The translations under genes and the position numbers were made by a program. A stretch of DNA of 64,000 bases, from contig OY762721.1 of assembly GCA_963666345.1 (NCBI GenBank), positions 2,880,001 through 2,944,000 of the forward strand. The letters are read 5' to 3'. Of this stretch, positions 8,922 to 18,681 are shown one piece after another. Below the pieces are notes generated by a model, which was given only the letters and a program-made list of their open reading frames with translations, was not told the DNA's origin and ran no database searches. Each line of letters begins with the position of its first letter. Position 1 is the stretch's first letter. The stretch comes from Desulfatiglandales bacterium. Lineage in GTDB: Bacteria; Desulfobacterota; DSM-4660; Desulfatiglandales; Desulfatiglandaceae.

Positions 8922-10502
8922 TCAGTCATCAAGCAGTAGCAGGGGAATCCAGGGCATATCTTTATTATCCGGTTTATCCTTGAAAAAGGCCTTTATGTTG
9001 ACATTGGTGTTACCATAGTAGTCGGTTACATCCTCGAAATCACTTCCATTGTAACTTATAAAGCTTTCTCCGGGATTTGCGCTTGTTACCGCATAGCCGC
9101 CTATGGGTCTTTCAATAGGGATAGGGGTTTTGTTTTCTTCTCCTGGGGGGTCTGTGAATTTTATCACCACGCAAAACGGATCATTTCCCGATACCTCTAC
9201 CGGTGCCGGCAGCAGGACCGTATAGTAGCCCCTGTATTCAACCTGACCGGATACGGCGGTACCCAGCAGAGGGTCTGAAAAATGAACATCAGGGGAGACT
9301 CCCGTCATGGTATCATATATCTGTATCTCATAGTCCATCCCTGATGTGGGGGCATAAAGGCCTATTCCGGTAATGGTTCCGTCCGCCGCCGGGGTAAAAC
9401 GATTCGCGCCCCAGCCGTCCCTCTGAGTGCCATAGCCGATGGTACCGGTCCATCCCAGGGGATCGTACTGAAGTATGCTGTCGAATGAAAGGAGGGAGTC
9501 ATCAGTGTCTTGATAATAGCCAAGCGATGTGAACCCTATACTCTCATCGTAATAAGACACGTAAAAGTAGCCGTCCTCCCCCCATGCGTCTCCCCAGGAA
9601 TTTCTGACTATAAAGGCGCCCGGCTGGGAGGCGCCCGTAACCTTATCATCGTCCCAGCCCACGATGGTGACGCAGTGGTTGGAGTTATTGAAGGAATCGG
9701 TCGGATCATCGTAATAAAAGGTATGGTCTGTTTCGTTGAAATTTCCCTCAGACCATTCTATTGAAGTATGAAGCGCCCCATGCCCGGAAATTGCATCCTT
9801 TATATAGTCGATGCTTGAGGCCGGGTCTGAGCGTACCGGCAGGAAAACTCCATTGTCTATGTATCGAGTAGGATCGCAGCCGGTACAATAGGAGGTGTCC
9901 GTGCAGGCCTCGGCGTCATATGGATCATCCGTCTCCATTACTGGGCCCGCATACCTTGCAAAATAGGCCAAACCCATTTCCATGTTACCGCCGTCATCCG
10001 GGCCGTATGCGAATCCATGGGCGCGGCTCAGATGCTTTTCGGAATAATCGTTTGAATTATCTGAAAGGCCGAACTCGGCCTTAAGGTGGCTTTCCACTAC
10101 ACCGTAGGTAGTAAATGCCCAGCAGGTATTACACTGCCCCTGATTCCTTACAGGCGTAAGGAGGCTGTCTGACGTGTCCCCGTCGCCATCTGGGTCCCTC
10201 ATGTCATATTCGGCGTCACCGGCTGAAGCCCCACACGGTGCGAGTCCCTCAATTTCAAGCTGTGTGTCGGGCTCATGAATTTCAGGTGCGATCGGGCCGG
10301 GTATGTATCCAAGGCCGAAACCGTTTTCAGCCGCCCCGTATGCCCTTAATAGAAGATCTTCCTCTTTCTGATGGAATGCCGTAAAGGCCGGGTTAACAGG
10401 GGCGAGCATTGATTCCGGCCTCTGGGCGCAGGCATTCTGTAAAGCCATCGGTGCTATGGTGCCTGAAATAAAGTAAAAGGCGCAAAGGATAATCAGTCTC
10501 AT
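8922..10502 (-). CDS. Secreted papain-family (C1A) cysteine protease with lectin-like C-terminal domain; tail MPWIPLLLLDD
   Basis: Signal peptide; VRNQGQCNTCWAF (catalytic Cys), NHCVTIVGWDD (His), RNSWG (Asn); QYDPLGW start of the accessory domain. Confidence 0.9.
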   Translation of the reverse strand: MRLIILCAFYFISGTIAPMALQNACAQRPESMLAPVNPAFTAFHQKEEDLLLRAYGAAENGFGLGYIPGPIAPEIHEPDTQLEIEGLAPCGASAGDAEYDMRDPDGDGDTSDSLLTPVRNQGQCNTCWAFTTYGVVESHLKAEFGLSDNSNDYSEKHLSRAHGFAYGPDDGGNMEMGLAYFARYAGPVMETDDPYDAEACTDTSYCTGCDPTRYIDNGVFLPVRSDPASSIDYIKDAISGHGALHTSIEWSEGNFNETDHTFYYDDPTDSFNNSNHCVTIVGWDDDKVTGASQPGAFIVRNSWGDAWGEDGYFYVSYYDESIGFTSLGYYQDTDDSLLSFDSILQYDPLGWTGTIGYGTQRDGWGANRFTPAADGTITGIGLYAPTSGMDYEIQIYDTMTGVSPDVHFSDPLLGTAVSGQVEYRGYYTVLLPAPVEVSGNDPFCVVIKFTDPPGEENKTPIPIERPIGGYAVTSANPGESFISYNGSDFEDVTDYYGNTNVNIKAFFKDKPDNKDMPWIPLLLLDD

Positions 10503-10578
10503 AAAAGAAAACCTTATTATGGATGGATGGAAAAGCCCCGGTAAATGGATGCCGGTATCTTGGAAACATTAAAATTTA

Positions 10579-10920
10579 GGATCATCTCCCGATTAGTTGG
10601 TGTTAAACAGGGCTAAGCAATGAAATCCTTCTTATTTAAGCGGCTGAGAGCTAGTAGGGTTCAAGGATTCCAGTGTTCCATTGAAACGGCGGATAAAACC
10701 CCTAAAGCATTACAAAGATTTAAAGCTGTTGCAGAAATCCTGCGAATGCCTTTCAGGTATATAGAATAAATGAAAAATTCTCAAATAACATGAGGTACAC
10801 AGAGATCGATAAATTGCTAAAAATGCCTATAAAGTCTTTAGAAAACAAACACTTGACCCCTTGACCCCTTGACCCCTTGGGTCCTTGGACCCTCTTGGCC
10901 AACTAAGTTGGAGAAGGACC
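10579..10920 (+). mobile_element. MITE family A copy 2
   Basis: Same TIRs as copy 1; perfect 8-bp TSD aaaattta on both sides. Confidence 0.88.
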
Positions 10921-11324
10921 AAAATTTAAAATGCCTGTTATCGGATTTTCAGGTAAAGGAAAAAGGTATTTTGCGGAATAGTATAGACATTCCCTCAGAA
11001 TCTGTCACCACAGAAAATGTGAAATTTGTCTGTTTAGACCCCTGTCTGCCGTTTCTTAGGAAATCTTTATCCTGGTGGATATAGATATGGGCCACAAAAA
11101 AGAAAACGGGGCGGTCGTATGTCATTTAACCTGTCGATATATCAATAAAGAAAATTGGTGCTACCTGATTTTGTTAAGTGTTTTATAGGCATTAATTTGG
11201 TATATATTCCAAATTAATTTTAAAGAAGATAAAAGAGGTGCTGTTGACATTTAATGAAGAGTTGTGATACCTGATAATATCTCAAAATATTCATATAGTT
11301 TCCAGCATTTGGTTTTAATCACAC

Positions 11325-11400
11325 TGTGAAAAAGCCAAACCCCGAGCAATCGAGGGACGGAAAGCCACGGGTCTTGAAAAGACAGCCGGGTTGCCGAAAG
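11325..11400 (+). ncRNA. c-di-GMP-I (GEMM-I) riboswitch, copy 1
   Basis: GCCAAACC...GCAA tetraloop...GGGACGGAAAGCC.CGGGTCT...AGACAGCCGGGTTGCCG matches the GEMM-I consensus. Confidence 0.9.
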
Positions 11401-11419
11401 GTGGCCCGGCTTTTTGTTT
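11385..11419 (+). terminator. Riboswitch expression-platform terminator
   Basis: gccgggttgcc-gaaa-ggtggcccggc + tttttgttt; overlaps the aptamer 3' strand. Confidence 0.85.
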
Positions 11420-11972
11420 GTGCGCCCGGCAGGGCGCACTCACTTGGAGGTGAAAGTCCTCTACACGCCCGTCAGGGGGAAGTGTTAGCTGAACGGCAAC
11501 TGCGTCACCGTGAGGTGAGGTGGGGAGGAAGCTGAAGGCAAAGCGCTGGCCCGACGAACAGGAATCGCATATTAGGCGGTCATGCCGGATGAGGAGGCAA
11601 ATATCTCTAAAGTCCAATACCTGACCGGAAGGCATGGGCGTATATGCGGCGGGCATAAGCGTGAAGGTGGGTGTGCATTACCCGGGGAGACCTCATGGTA
11701 TGCCGTGAGTGCTACTTCTGCCGAGAGGCAGAGGGATGTGCCGTGAGGAGTCAGCCGAGGCCATAGTAGTCCAAACGACCATGGGTGAAGGGCCGAACCT
11801 TATGTTAACGACAGGGTCTTTAGCTGTGCGAGCGAGAGTAGACATAGAAGGTTATGCTGAGATGCATGGCGCTACAGGGAAGTGTACCGGGCGGAACCCG
11901 GGAGTGGTCTTTGGTAGTGTGTCAAAGCGCCCATTGGCGGAAGGGAACCCTGTTGACGAGCAAGCGCAACTG

Positions 11973-13235
11973 ATGGAGCGAGTGGTCGAACGCTCGAACA
12001 TGCAACAGGCCTATCGACGTGTGAAGGTAAATAGAGGAGCACCAGGAGTTGATGGTATGAGTACGGATCGTCTTGGTGCATATTTATGTAAACACTGGCC
12101 TGAGATCAAGCAACGATTGTGTAAGGGCAGTTACAAACCGATGCCAGTAAGGCGAGTACAGATTCCAAAGGCAAATGGTGGAGTCCGCCTACTTGGCATT
12201 CCAACTGTATTAGATAGACTTATTCAGCAGGCATTGCATCAGGTGTTGAGTCCATTGTATGAGCCGGGATTCTCGGAGCACAGCTATGGATTCCGTAAAG
12301 GTCGCAGTGCTCATCAGGCGGTGGTTGCAGAGCAGAAGTACCAGCATGAGGGCAAACGCTGGGTAGTTGATATGGACCTGGCGCAGTTTTTCGATGAAGT
12401 AAATCACGACAAACTGATGTCTCGATTAGGAGCGAAGGTCAGGGATCAGAGGGTAAAGGGTTTGATCCGTAGCTACCTTCGAGCTGGGGTGCTTCTGGGC
12501 GGAGTGGTGTCAGTTCAGAGCAAAGGAACGCCGCAAGGCGGTCCTATCTCTCCCCTGCTGTCCAACATTGTGCTGGATGAACTGGATAAGGAGTTGGAGA
12601 AGCGAGGCCATAGGTTCTGCCGCTATGCCGACGACTGCAATATCTACGTAGGCAGTCGTCGAAGCGGGGATCGTGTAATGGCGTCTGTGACACGTTTTGT
12701 TGAGGAGAGGCTGAAGCTGAGGGTAAACAGGCAAAAGAGTGCTGTAGCAAGGCCATGGCAGCGCAAATTTCTTGGTTATACGTTCAGCTGGCACAGGAAG
12801 AGTCGAATCCGTGCAGCCGCAGAATCGATAAAGCGGCTCAGAGCTAATTTGAAGGCGTTGTTCCGTAAGGGCAGGGGCCGCAATGTAAAGCGGTTTATCC
12901 AGGAGGAACTCAACCCTGTTGTCAGGGGATGGAGTAACTACTTCAGACTGTCGGAGTTTCTAGGATTTGCAAGGGAACTTGATCAGTGGGTTCGTCGTCA
13001 CCTTAGATGTATTCTATGGCGACAATGGAAGAGACCCTGGAAACGGTTTCAGATGCTTATGGATTTGGGACTGTCTGAGCAACAGGCCGCTTATTCTGCT
13101 TTTAATCAGAGAGGGGCATGGTTCAATGCAGGTGCAGCGCATATGAACCGGGCCATACCCAAACGTTACCTTGATCAGCTTGGACTAGTATCTACGCTCG
13201 ATACACTGCGCAGGCTTGGAGGAAAATTAACTTAA
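11973..13235 (+). CDS. ltrA: Group II intron reverse transcriptase/maturase, no endonuclease domain (start may be further upstream; frame open from 11709)
   Basis: GAPGVDG, RLLGIPTVLDRLIQQA, SYGFR, GTPQGGPISPLLSNI, RYADD, LNPVVRGWSNYF. Confidence 0.95.
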   Translation: MERVVERSNMQQAYRRVKVNRGAPGVDGMSTDRLGAYLCKHWPEIKQRLCKGSYKPMPVRRVQIPKANGGVRLLGIPTVLDRLIQQALHQVLSPLYEPGFSEHSYGFRKGRSAHQAVVAEQKYQHEGKRWVVDMDLAQFFDEVNHDKLMSRLGAKVRDQRVKGLIRSYLRAGVLLGGVVSVQSKGTPQGGPISPLLSNIVLDELDKELEKRGHRFCRYADDCNIYVGSRRSGDRVMASVTRFVEERLKLRVNRQKSAVARPWQRKFLGYTFSWHRKSRIRAAAESIKRLRANLKALFRKGRGRNVKRFIQEELNPVVRGWSNYFRLSEFLGFARELDQWVRRHLRCILWRQWKRPWKRFQMLMDLGLSEQQAAYSAFNQRGAWFNAGAAHMNRAIPKRYLDQLGLVSTLDTLRRLGGKLT

Positions 13236-13297
13236 GGAACCGCCGTGGTACGTGGACCGTATGCCCGGTGGTGTGAGCTTACTATTACCCATAAGTA

Positions 13298-14743
13298 TCA
13301 TAGCTGATCCGCCAGTTTCAAGCCTTCACTCAGATCTGCAAGACGCTTCCATCCTCTCCATAATGTGATAGTACCAGGAGGCCCATCGTTTTTTCGGGCT
13401 AGGTGACCTCCTAGTTTTGCAATCCAGATGACTACAATACCAATGGTTGGTGGCTTTTTCGGTATAGGTTTGTTTATATTTGCATGCAGGAAAAGGGCTT
13501 TCCACTCCTGATCGGTAAGGAAAGTTGAGCAGGGTGTTGTCGGATCGGTACGAGCGATCAAGGTAATCATGAAGATCCTCCAAGCTACAATGCTCATAAC
13601 TGTGAGGTATTTTGCCAGCCGATCGGCATGCCCTAGCCGACATGATTCGACCCTAAAACCGGACTTTAAGACCTTGAAGTACATTTCAATTCGCCAGCGT
13701 AAGCAGTACCACAAAACTTTTTCATAAGCATCTTCATACGACATGACTGGAAGATTGGTCAGGAGCATCCACTCGATAGCTTCCTCGCTATCAGGCGGAT
13801 TTGTTTCTATAACATAGACTGCGTGCATCTCAATGTCTGGAAGTTTCTCAGTGCTGTGCCTGATACTATTGCGGGGAGGATTGAGGGTAAAAGAGCCGAA
13901 ACGTACAGAGACCATCGCGGTGCGTGCTTCCCTTTCTTTGGCATGCTTCGACTTAGACCTTTTCGCGATTTCTACCACGTAAGAACCTGAATCAGGCTGT
14001 TTTCGCATATTCTCCCAAAGTTTTTCGACATTCTTTTCTGCATAACGGGATTTACGATTTATAATCCTATCTACGTTTGCTCGAACGAGGACAGGGGCAT
14101 TGATTTGATGGCTACGCATAAAGAAATCGTATAGATCGGCTTCTCGATCGCAGACTGTGACGATTCGGGTACAACCTGTTAATTCCTTAGTGTTTTCTAA
14201 TGCCTCAAGCCATCTATAGCTTTCCTTTTCCTCTATCGGGAGATTGGCGTGAGGTTTTGCTTTTTTGTTATCCTTTTTCCGGAGTTTCCGTGAAAATATT
14301 TTTTGATCCAACAGTCCGAGTGGGAGGCCTTTAGTTGTTACAGCCAGACATGTATGCATTATCAGGCCGTTGGAATAGATATTTTTCACGTTTTTACCCT
14401 TCTTTAAAGACATCTTCCCGAGTCCTTCGGTCTTCGGATGGTCAGTATAGACAAAATAACTGGTATCTTGGAGTGCAAGAACCGTTTTGTGTTCCTTAGT
14501 ACGCTGAGCTGTTTTACATCGGTGGGCCGCCAACATCTTACCAACCTCAACTTTGTTGTTTTGAAAAAAACGATAAGCAGCTTTGGTCTCTGCCCAATCC
14601 ACGCATGCTTGGTTGATGGGGCTCTCTGGAGCATCCGAAAATCTATCACACAGCTTAATCAGCCTTGCATCGAGTCTTTTATCTCCGAGCTTGACCTCTG
14701 CAAACTCTTCCGCCGCCCAACTTGATCTATTTTTTGGGTTCAT
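13298..14743 (-). CDS. IS4-family DDE transposase
   Basis: WAAEEF..LGDKRL, QDTS, VCDREAD, YCLRWRIEMYFKVLKSG (YREK), GPPG..LWRGW. Confidence 0.95.
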   Translation of the reverse strand: MNPKNRSSWAAEEFAEVKLGDKRLDARLIKLCDRFSDAPESPINQACVDWAETKAAYRFFQNNKVEVGKMLAAHRCKTAQRTKEHKTVLALQDTSYFVYTDHPKTEGLGKMSLKKGKNVKNIYSNGLIMHTCLAVTTKGLPLGLLDQKIFSRKLRKKDNKKAKPHANLPIEEKESYRWLEALENTKELTGCTRIVTVCDREADLYDFFMRSHQINAPVLVRANVDRIINRKSRYAEKNVEKLWENMRKQPDSGSYVVEIAKRSKSKHAKEREARTAMVSVRFGSFTLNPPRNSIRHSTEKLPDIEMHAVYVIETNPPDSEEAIEWMLLTNLPVMSYEDAYEKVLWYCLRWRIEMYFKVLKSGFRVESCRLGHADRLAKYLTVMSIVAWRIFMITLIARTDPTTPCSTFLTDQEWKALFLHANINKPIPKKPPTIGIVVIWIAKLGGHLARKNDGPPGTITLWRGWKRLADLSEGLKLADQL

Positions 14744-14824
14744 TGAACGCCTCCCATTAAAAGTTGACATTTGTATAGTAGACGTATTATATACGTCTAC
14801 TATTACGATAGGGAGGTGTCAAGG

Positions 14825-15136
14825 ATGAATCCTGTCAAAAAACGAAATGATCTTTTAAAAAAATTAGCCCAATTCCCTGAATTTGTTCGCGGGTCGATTA
14901 CAAGCGTTTGTTCCACATGCAACAGAGCGAGATGCATATGCTCAAAAAAGTCATCCCGGATGGCATATCGGCTGACCTATAAGGATAGCCAACAAAAAAC
15001 ACGTAGCGTTTATGTTAAAAGAGACCAGTTAACCAGAATGCGAAAGATGATCGCCAATTATGCCCGACTAAGGAAACTGATCGAGCAACTTGTTGAGGCA
15101 AATATTGAGGCTTTTAAGGAAGAAACTCGGCGATAA
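14825..15136 (+). CDS. Small IS passenger protein, Cys-cluster (DUF6788-like)
   Basis: RBS gggagg; RGSITSVCSTCNRARCIC; lies inside the IS TIRs, divergent from the transposase. Confidence 0.7.
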   Translation: MNPVKKRNDLLKKLAQFPEFVRGSITSVCSTCNRARCICSKKSSRMAYRLTYKDSQQKTRSVYVKRDQLTRMRKMIANYARLRKLIEQLVEANIEAFKEETRR

Positions 15137-15403
15137 AATCGTCTAGACTTATGGGTAATAGTAAGGTGGTGTGAGAGAGGGAGGTCGCGAGGCCTCCCCC
15201 TACTCGATTGTGCTTTGGAGATGTATGTTTTTCGAATAACGCTGAATCACCTTTAACAAAACGGATTAATCCAAGGCAAATAACGGCGTATATAATAGGT
15301 CTCTAATGCTAATAGGCATAAAACAGCAATACAGAGTGGATGTTTGGATCTAACTGAATCGAAGGACTAATCCACTGGCATGCCAGTGGCATGAATCGGG
15401 AGA

Positions 15404-18400
15404 TTGAAAATGGTACGTGTTAGGAAATGGATGCTGTTATCACTTTCAGCCGTAATTTTGTTCTCTCTAGTGTTCTATGTGAATGCTGAACCTGTAGCGG
15501 AAAAAATGGCTCAGAGCGCAGCGCAGTCTTTCCTTCATAAAGAGCAGAGAACTCTGCCCAAAATGGTGACTAAGGCAAAGGCTGAGCATTTTGTCAGCGA
15601 TATGGCTAGTGGTCTTACTATTGGAGAGCTTCATCCTATAAAAGATAGCCATGGTGAAATACTTGCATATATTCAGGAACTGGAACCTGAGGGATTCATC
15701 ATTACTTCAGCCGATGATAGCATAAGGCCGGTTCTTGGTTTTTCGTTCTCAGGAGAATTCTCTTATGATGCACACAATCCATTGCTTAATCTTATAAAGA
15801 CAGATACCAAAACCCGCCTAAGACTTTTGTCTTATGGTGGGGAAAAGGCGCAAAATATGATTAAGTTGAGCGGAGAACAATGGATAGCCGATACTTCATA
15901 TACGTTAGAACTGGACACATCCCTACTTTCAAAGTCAATCTCAACCCTGTCAGAGACTATATGGGGTGACGAAAACGGTTACATTCAGACAGAATGGAAT
16001 CAAAGAAATCCCTGGAACGCACAATGCCCATATAAAGTCGAAGACGATATCGGTGGCTCTAGACGACCTGTTGGGTGTGTAGCAACGGCAACAGCACAGA
16101 TAATAAACTTCTGGGAATACCCAAAGAGTGTGTCAATTTCTGATAATGACTATATAAATATAGATGGCACATCGCACTACATAAGTACATCTTCAGGTTA
16201 CGGGCTACCATCAGTGTCAGAACTTAGAAGCGAAATGGGATCACTCCTTTATGGAGCTCCCGATACTGATGAACAAGCTTATTTGTGTCTTACCGCAGGG
16301 CTTAAACTTCATATGAACTACAGATCTAAAACAACTCAGCATGGCGGTATTGAATACGGCTCTGCAGCTAGTACCTCAAGTGTTGGAGAAGTCCTCACGA
16401 GCAATTTTTTGTATGGAAGTGCCGATATGGATAAATGGGGTAATGTTTGGTCGGAAAATTACAGCACAATTGTTGATAATATGAAAAATGCTCAGCCTGT
16501 TCAAATCGGAATCAAGAATTCAGGAAAGACAGGCGGGCATTCCGTAATCGTAGATGGATATCGTGAGGGGGACCATTTTTTTCATGTAAATTTCGGTTGG
16601 TCAGATTCTGGTAATTCTAATACATGGTACAATATTCCAAACTTTGAGCCACAACCATATTGGGAGGATTATTATTATGATGTAGTGCACACCGTTGTAT
16701 TCAATATTGCCAAATACCAGGGGTGGAACCAATATGGTGCAAATGCACAAAATACATTTGGAACTATCTATGCGGCACCATATAAGAAAAACGAAATCAA
16801 ACAGAAATGGCGTGCTACCTGCCCATCTGAATTTGCCTTCAGGCATATCGCGATCGGAACTTCCAATCATATTTATGCCGCTGTTTCCCCTAACGCTTCT
16901 ACCGGCCACTCGTTTATATATGTAATAGATCAATTTGGTACTAAATTAAAAGAAATCGAAATAAATCGGGACGGCAAAATTGATTTTATGTGCCAAGATG
17001 AAGCCGGAGACCTATTTGTAGCAGTTGAGGATGGATACATCTATCGAGTTGATCCAGAAACAAGTTCAGCAGTTCAGATTTTTGAAGAACCTTATGGGGG
17101 ACAAATCAATACGCTCAAGATTGATAAAGATGGTTGGCTTTTCGCTGTTACGTTTGATCGCGTTTATGCCCTTACACGGTCTGGCACCTCTCGTTGGCCC
17201 TCCCCATTTGTCGTACCGTCAGGATCAATGTTCATGGGGAGTCGGTCGATTCCAGCGATTGACGTGTCCCGGCAGCGAATTTATGCTACTTACTACAACA
17301 GCACCACGGATCATGCTTACCTCGTGGCGATAAATAGGCTAAACGGGGAGATCGTGCAGGTACGAGATTTTGCGGCAATATCAGTGCCACTTATGAAAGT
17401 TCCTTCCATTGGCCCTGATGGTACGGTCTACATCGGTATGCCAGGCATACTATATGCTTTGAATCCGGATGATTTTCTTGGCACTCCTAAATGGACAAAG
17501 TCACTGCTTATTAGCCATACGCCTGCGGTAGGCCGCGATGGTACTTTATATTTCCCTTACTGGGAGCAAATTGCCGATATATGGTACAATAAATTGGGCG
17601 CTTTTGATCCATCAAATTGTGCGGAGCGATGGAGCATACCATTTCAACTAGACACCTCAGAAGAGTCTATATTCCAACCCTATATCGGCGGTAACGGTGT
17701 TGTTCTTTTCACAATAGAGCACGACGGATCACCTAAAACATACACTCTGCATGGATACAAGGACAACGGCTCAAGCTCTGAGGAACTATGGGATTACAAT
17801 GCAGGAAGCTCTGGAGGTAACTATGCATTCGGCCCTGGTCGGACAGTGTATGCATGGGGAATGACAGGTTTGGCGAAAACAATCTATGCGCTTACCGATG
17901 GGGAAATTGGTGACCCCTACGGAGCAGGGATGGATTTTGAGAACAATAATACTCCTATTCCTGCATCTAATCCGAGCCCTGCAGATGGTGCCGTGGAGCA
18001 ATCCTTCACAAGTGTTCAACTTTCGTGGAGTTGCTCTGATCCTGATGGGCATGATCTGAAATATGATATTTATGGCTGTGCCTTAGTGGAGGGAGAAGAA
18101 GCGGCTATGGTGCCTCTGGTAACTCAGTTAACTGAAAATTCATACACTTTGTCGAATTTGCAAGGAGGAACGGAATATCTTTGGATGGTCGTTGCTACTG
18201 ACGGGCAGGCCATTGCAGAAGGACCTACATGGAGTTTTACAACAGAAATAGAAGATTTATGCCCCGATGATCCAAACAAAACAGAACCCGGGATATGCGG
18301 CTGTGGAGTACCAGATACAGATACAGACGGAGATGAAACGGCCGACTGTATAGATGCCTTTCCAAGTGATCCAACTGAATGGGCTGATAACGATAATGAT

Positions 18401-18616
18401 AATATAGGCGACAATGCTGATACAGACGATGATGATGATGGTATGCCCGATGTATGGGAAGAACAATATGAAGGTCTGAATCCCCTCGTAGATGATGCTT
18501 CCGATGATCTGGATGGTGATGGAATCCTAAATCTAACAGAATACCAGAATGGAACAGATCCCGCTCGGTTTAATTCGAAGTATCTGCCCTTTATACCATT
18601 ACTTTTGGGGGATTAG
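15404..18616 (+). CDS. Secreted streptopain-family (C10) cysteine protease with propeptide, PQQ-like beta-propeller, FN3-like domain and Asp-rich TSP3-like stalk; tail LPFIPLLLGD
   Basis: Signal peptide; GFIITSADD..PVLGFS (Spi/propeptide-like), WNQRNPWN, VGCVATATAQI, GHSVIVDGY, HVNFGW; PSIGPDGTVY propeller repeats; DxDxD repeats. Confidence 0.88.
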   Translation: MKMVRVRKWMLLSLSAVILFSLVFYVNAEPVAEKMAQSAAQSFLHKEQRTLPKMVTKAKAEHFVSDMASGLTIGELHPIKDSHGEILAYIQELEPEGFIITSADDSIRPVLGFSFSGEFSYDAHNPLLNLIKTDTKTRLRLLSYGGEKAQNMIKLSGEQWIADTSYTLELDTSLLSKSISTLSETIWGDENGYIQTEWNQRNPWNAQCPYKVEDDIGGSRRPVGCVATATAQIINFWEYPKSVSISDNDYINIDGTSHYISTSSGYGLPSVSELRSEMGSLLYGAPDTDEQAYLCLTAGLKLHMNYRSKTTQHGGIEYGSAASTSSVGEVLTSNFLYGSADMDKWGNVWSENYSTIVDNMKNAQPVQIGIKNSGKTGGHSVIVDGYREGDHFFHVNFGWSDSGNSNTWYNIPNFEPQPYWEDYYYDVVHTVVFNIAKYQGWNQYGANAQNTFGTIYAAPYKKNEIKQKWRATCPSEFAFRHIAIGTSNHIYAAVSPNASTGHSFIYVIDQFGTKLKEIEINRDGKIDFMCQDEAGDLFVAVEDGYIYRVDPETSSAVQIFEEPYGGQINTLKIDKDGWLFAVTFDRVYALTRSGTSRWPSPFVVPSGSMFMGSRSIPAIDVSRQRIYATYYNSTTDHAYLVAINRLNGEIVQVRDFAAISVPLMKVPSIGPDGTVYIGMPGILYALNPDDFLGTPKWTKSLLISHTPAVGRDGTLYFPYWEQIADIWYNKLGAFDPSNCAERWSIPFQLDTSEESIFQPYIGGNGVVLFTIEHDGSPKTYTLHGYKDNGSSSEELWDYNAGSSGGNYAFGPGRTVYAWGMTGLAKTIYALTDGEIGDPYGAGMDFENNNTPIPASNPSPADGAVEQSFTSVQLSWSCSDPDGHDLKYDIYGCALVEGEEAAMVPLVTQLTENSYTLSNLQGGTEYLWMVVATDGQAIAEGPTWSFTTEIEDLCPDDPNKTEPGICGCGVPDTDTDGDETADCIDAFPSDPTEWADNDNDNIGDNADTDDDDDGMPDVWEEQYEGLNPLVDDASDDLDGDGILNLTEYQNGTDPARFNSKYLPFIPLLLGD

Positions 18617-18623
18617 GCAGTAC

Positions 18624-18676
18624 TGTAAATGGTCGTTTAAAAGTGAGCCATTTTGGGTCGTGAAAACTGAGTCACC
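18624..18676 (+). mobile_element. IS21-like terminal remnant
   Basis: TGT start followed by two tandem ggtcg..aaaa(g/c)tgag(c/t)ca repeats, the architecture seen at the IS21 ends at 55122/57574. Confidence 0.55.
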
Positions 18677-18681
18677 TTATC

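Larger units (their letters stand above)
13278..15165 (-). mobile_element. IS4-family (IS50/Tn5-like) insertion sequence
   Basis: Perfect 19-bp TIR cttactattacccataagt; 10-bp TSD gtggtgtgag at 13268-13277 and 15166-15175. Confidence 0.95.
11420..15208 (+). mobile_element. Group IIC intron (interrupted by IS at 13278-15165)
   Basis: 5' GTGCG directly after a terminator; D5 ggaaccgccgtggtacg...gtatgcccggtggtg; D6 ggggaggtcgcgaggcctcccc-tactcgAT 3' end; RT ORF inside. Confidence 0.93.

Noticed and set aside
11325..11400. 3'3'-cGAMP (GEMM-Ib) riboswitch
   Set aside because: Scaffold resembles deltaproteobacterial GEMM-I, but the discriminator position is G, not A, in both copies; needs a binding test to be final
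11709..13235. Retron, DGR or defence-associated RT
   Set aside because: Group II maturase motifs, GTGCG 5' end and D5/D6 are present; no TR/VR pair or msr-msd seen
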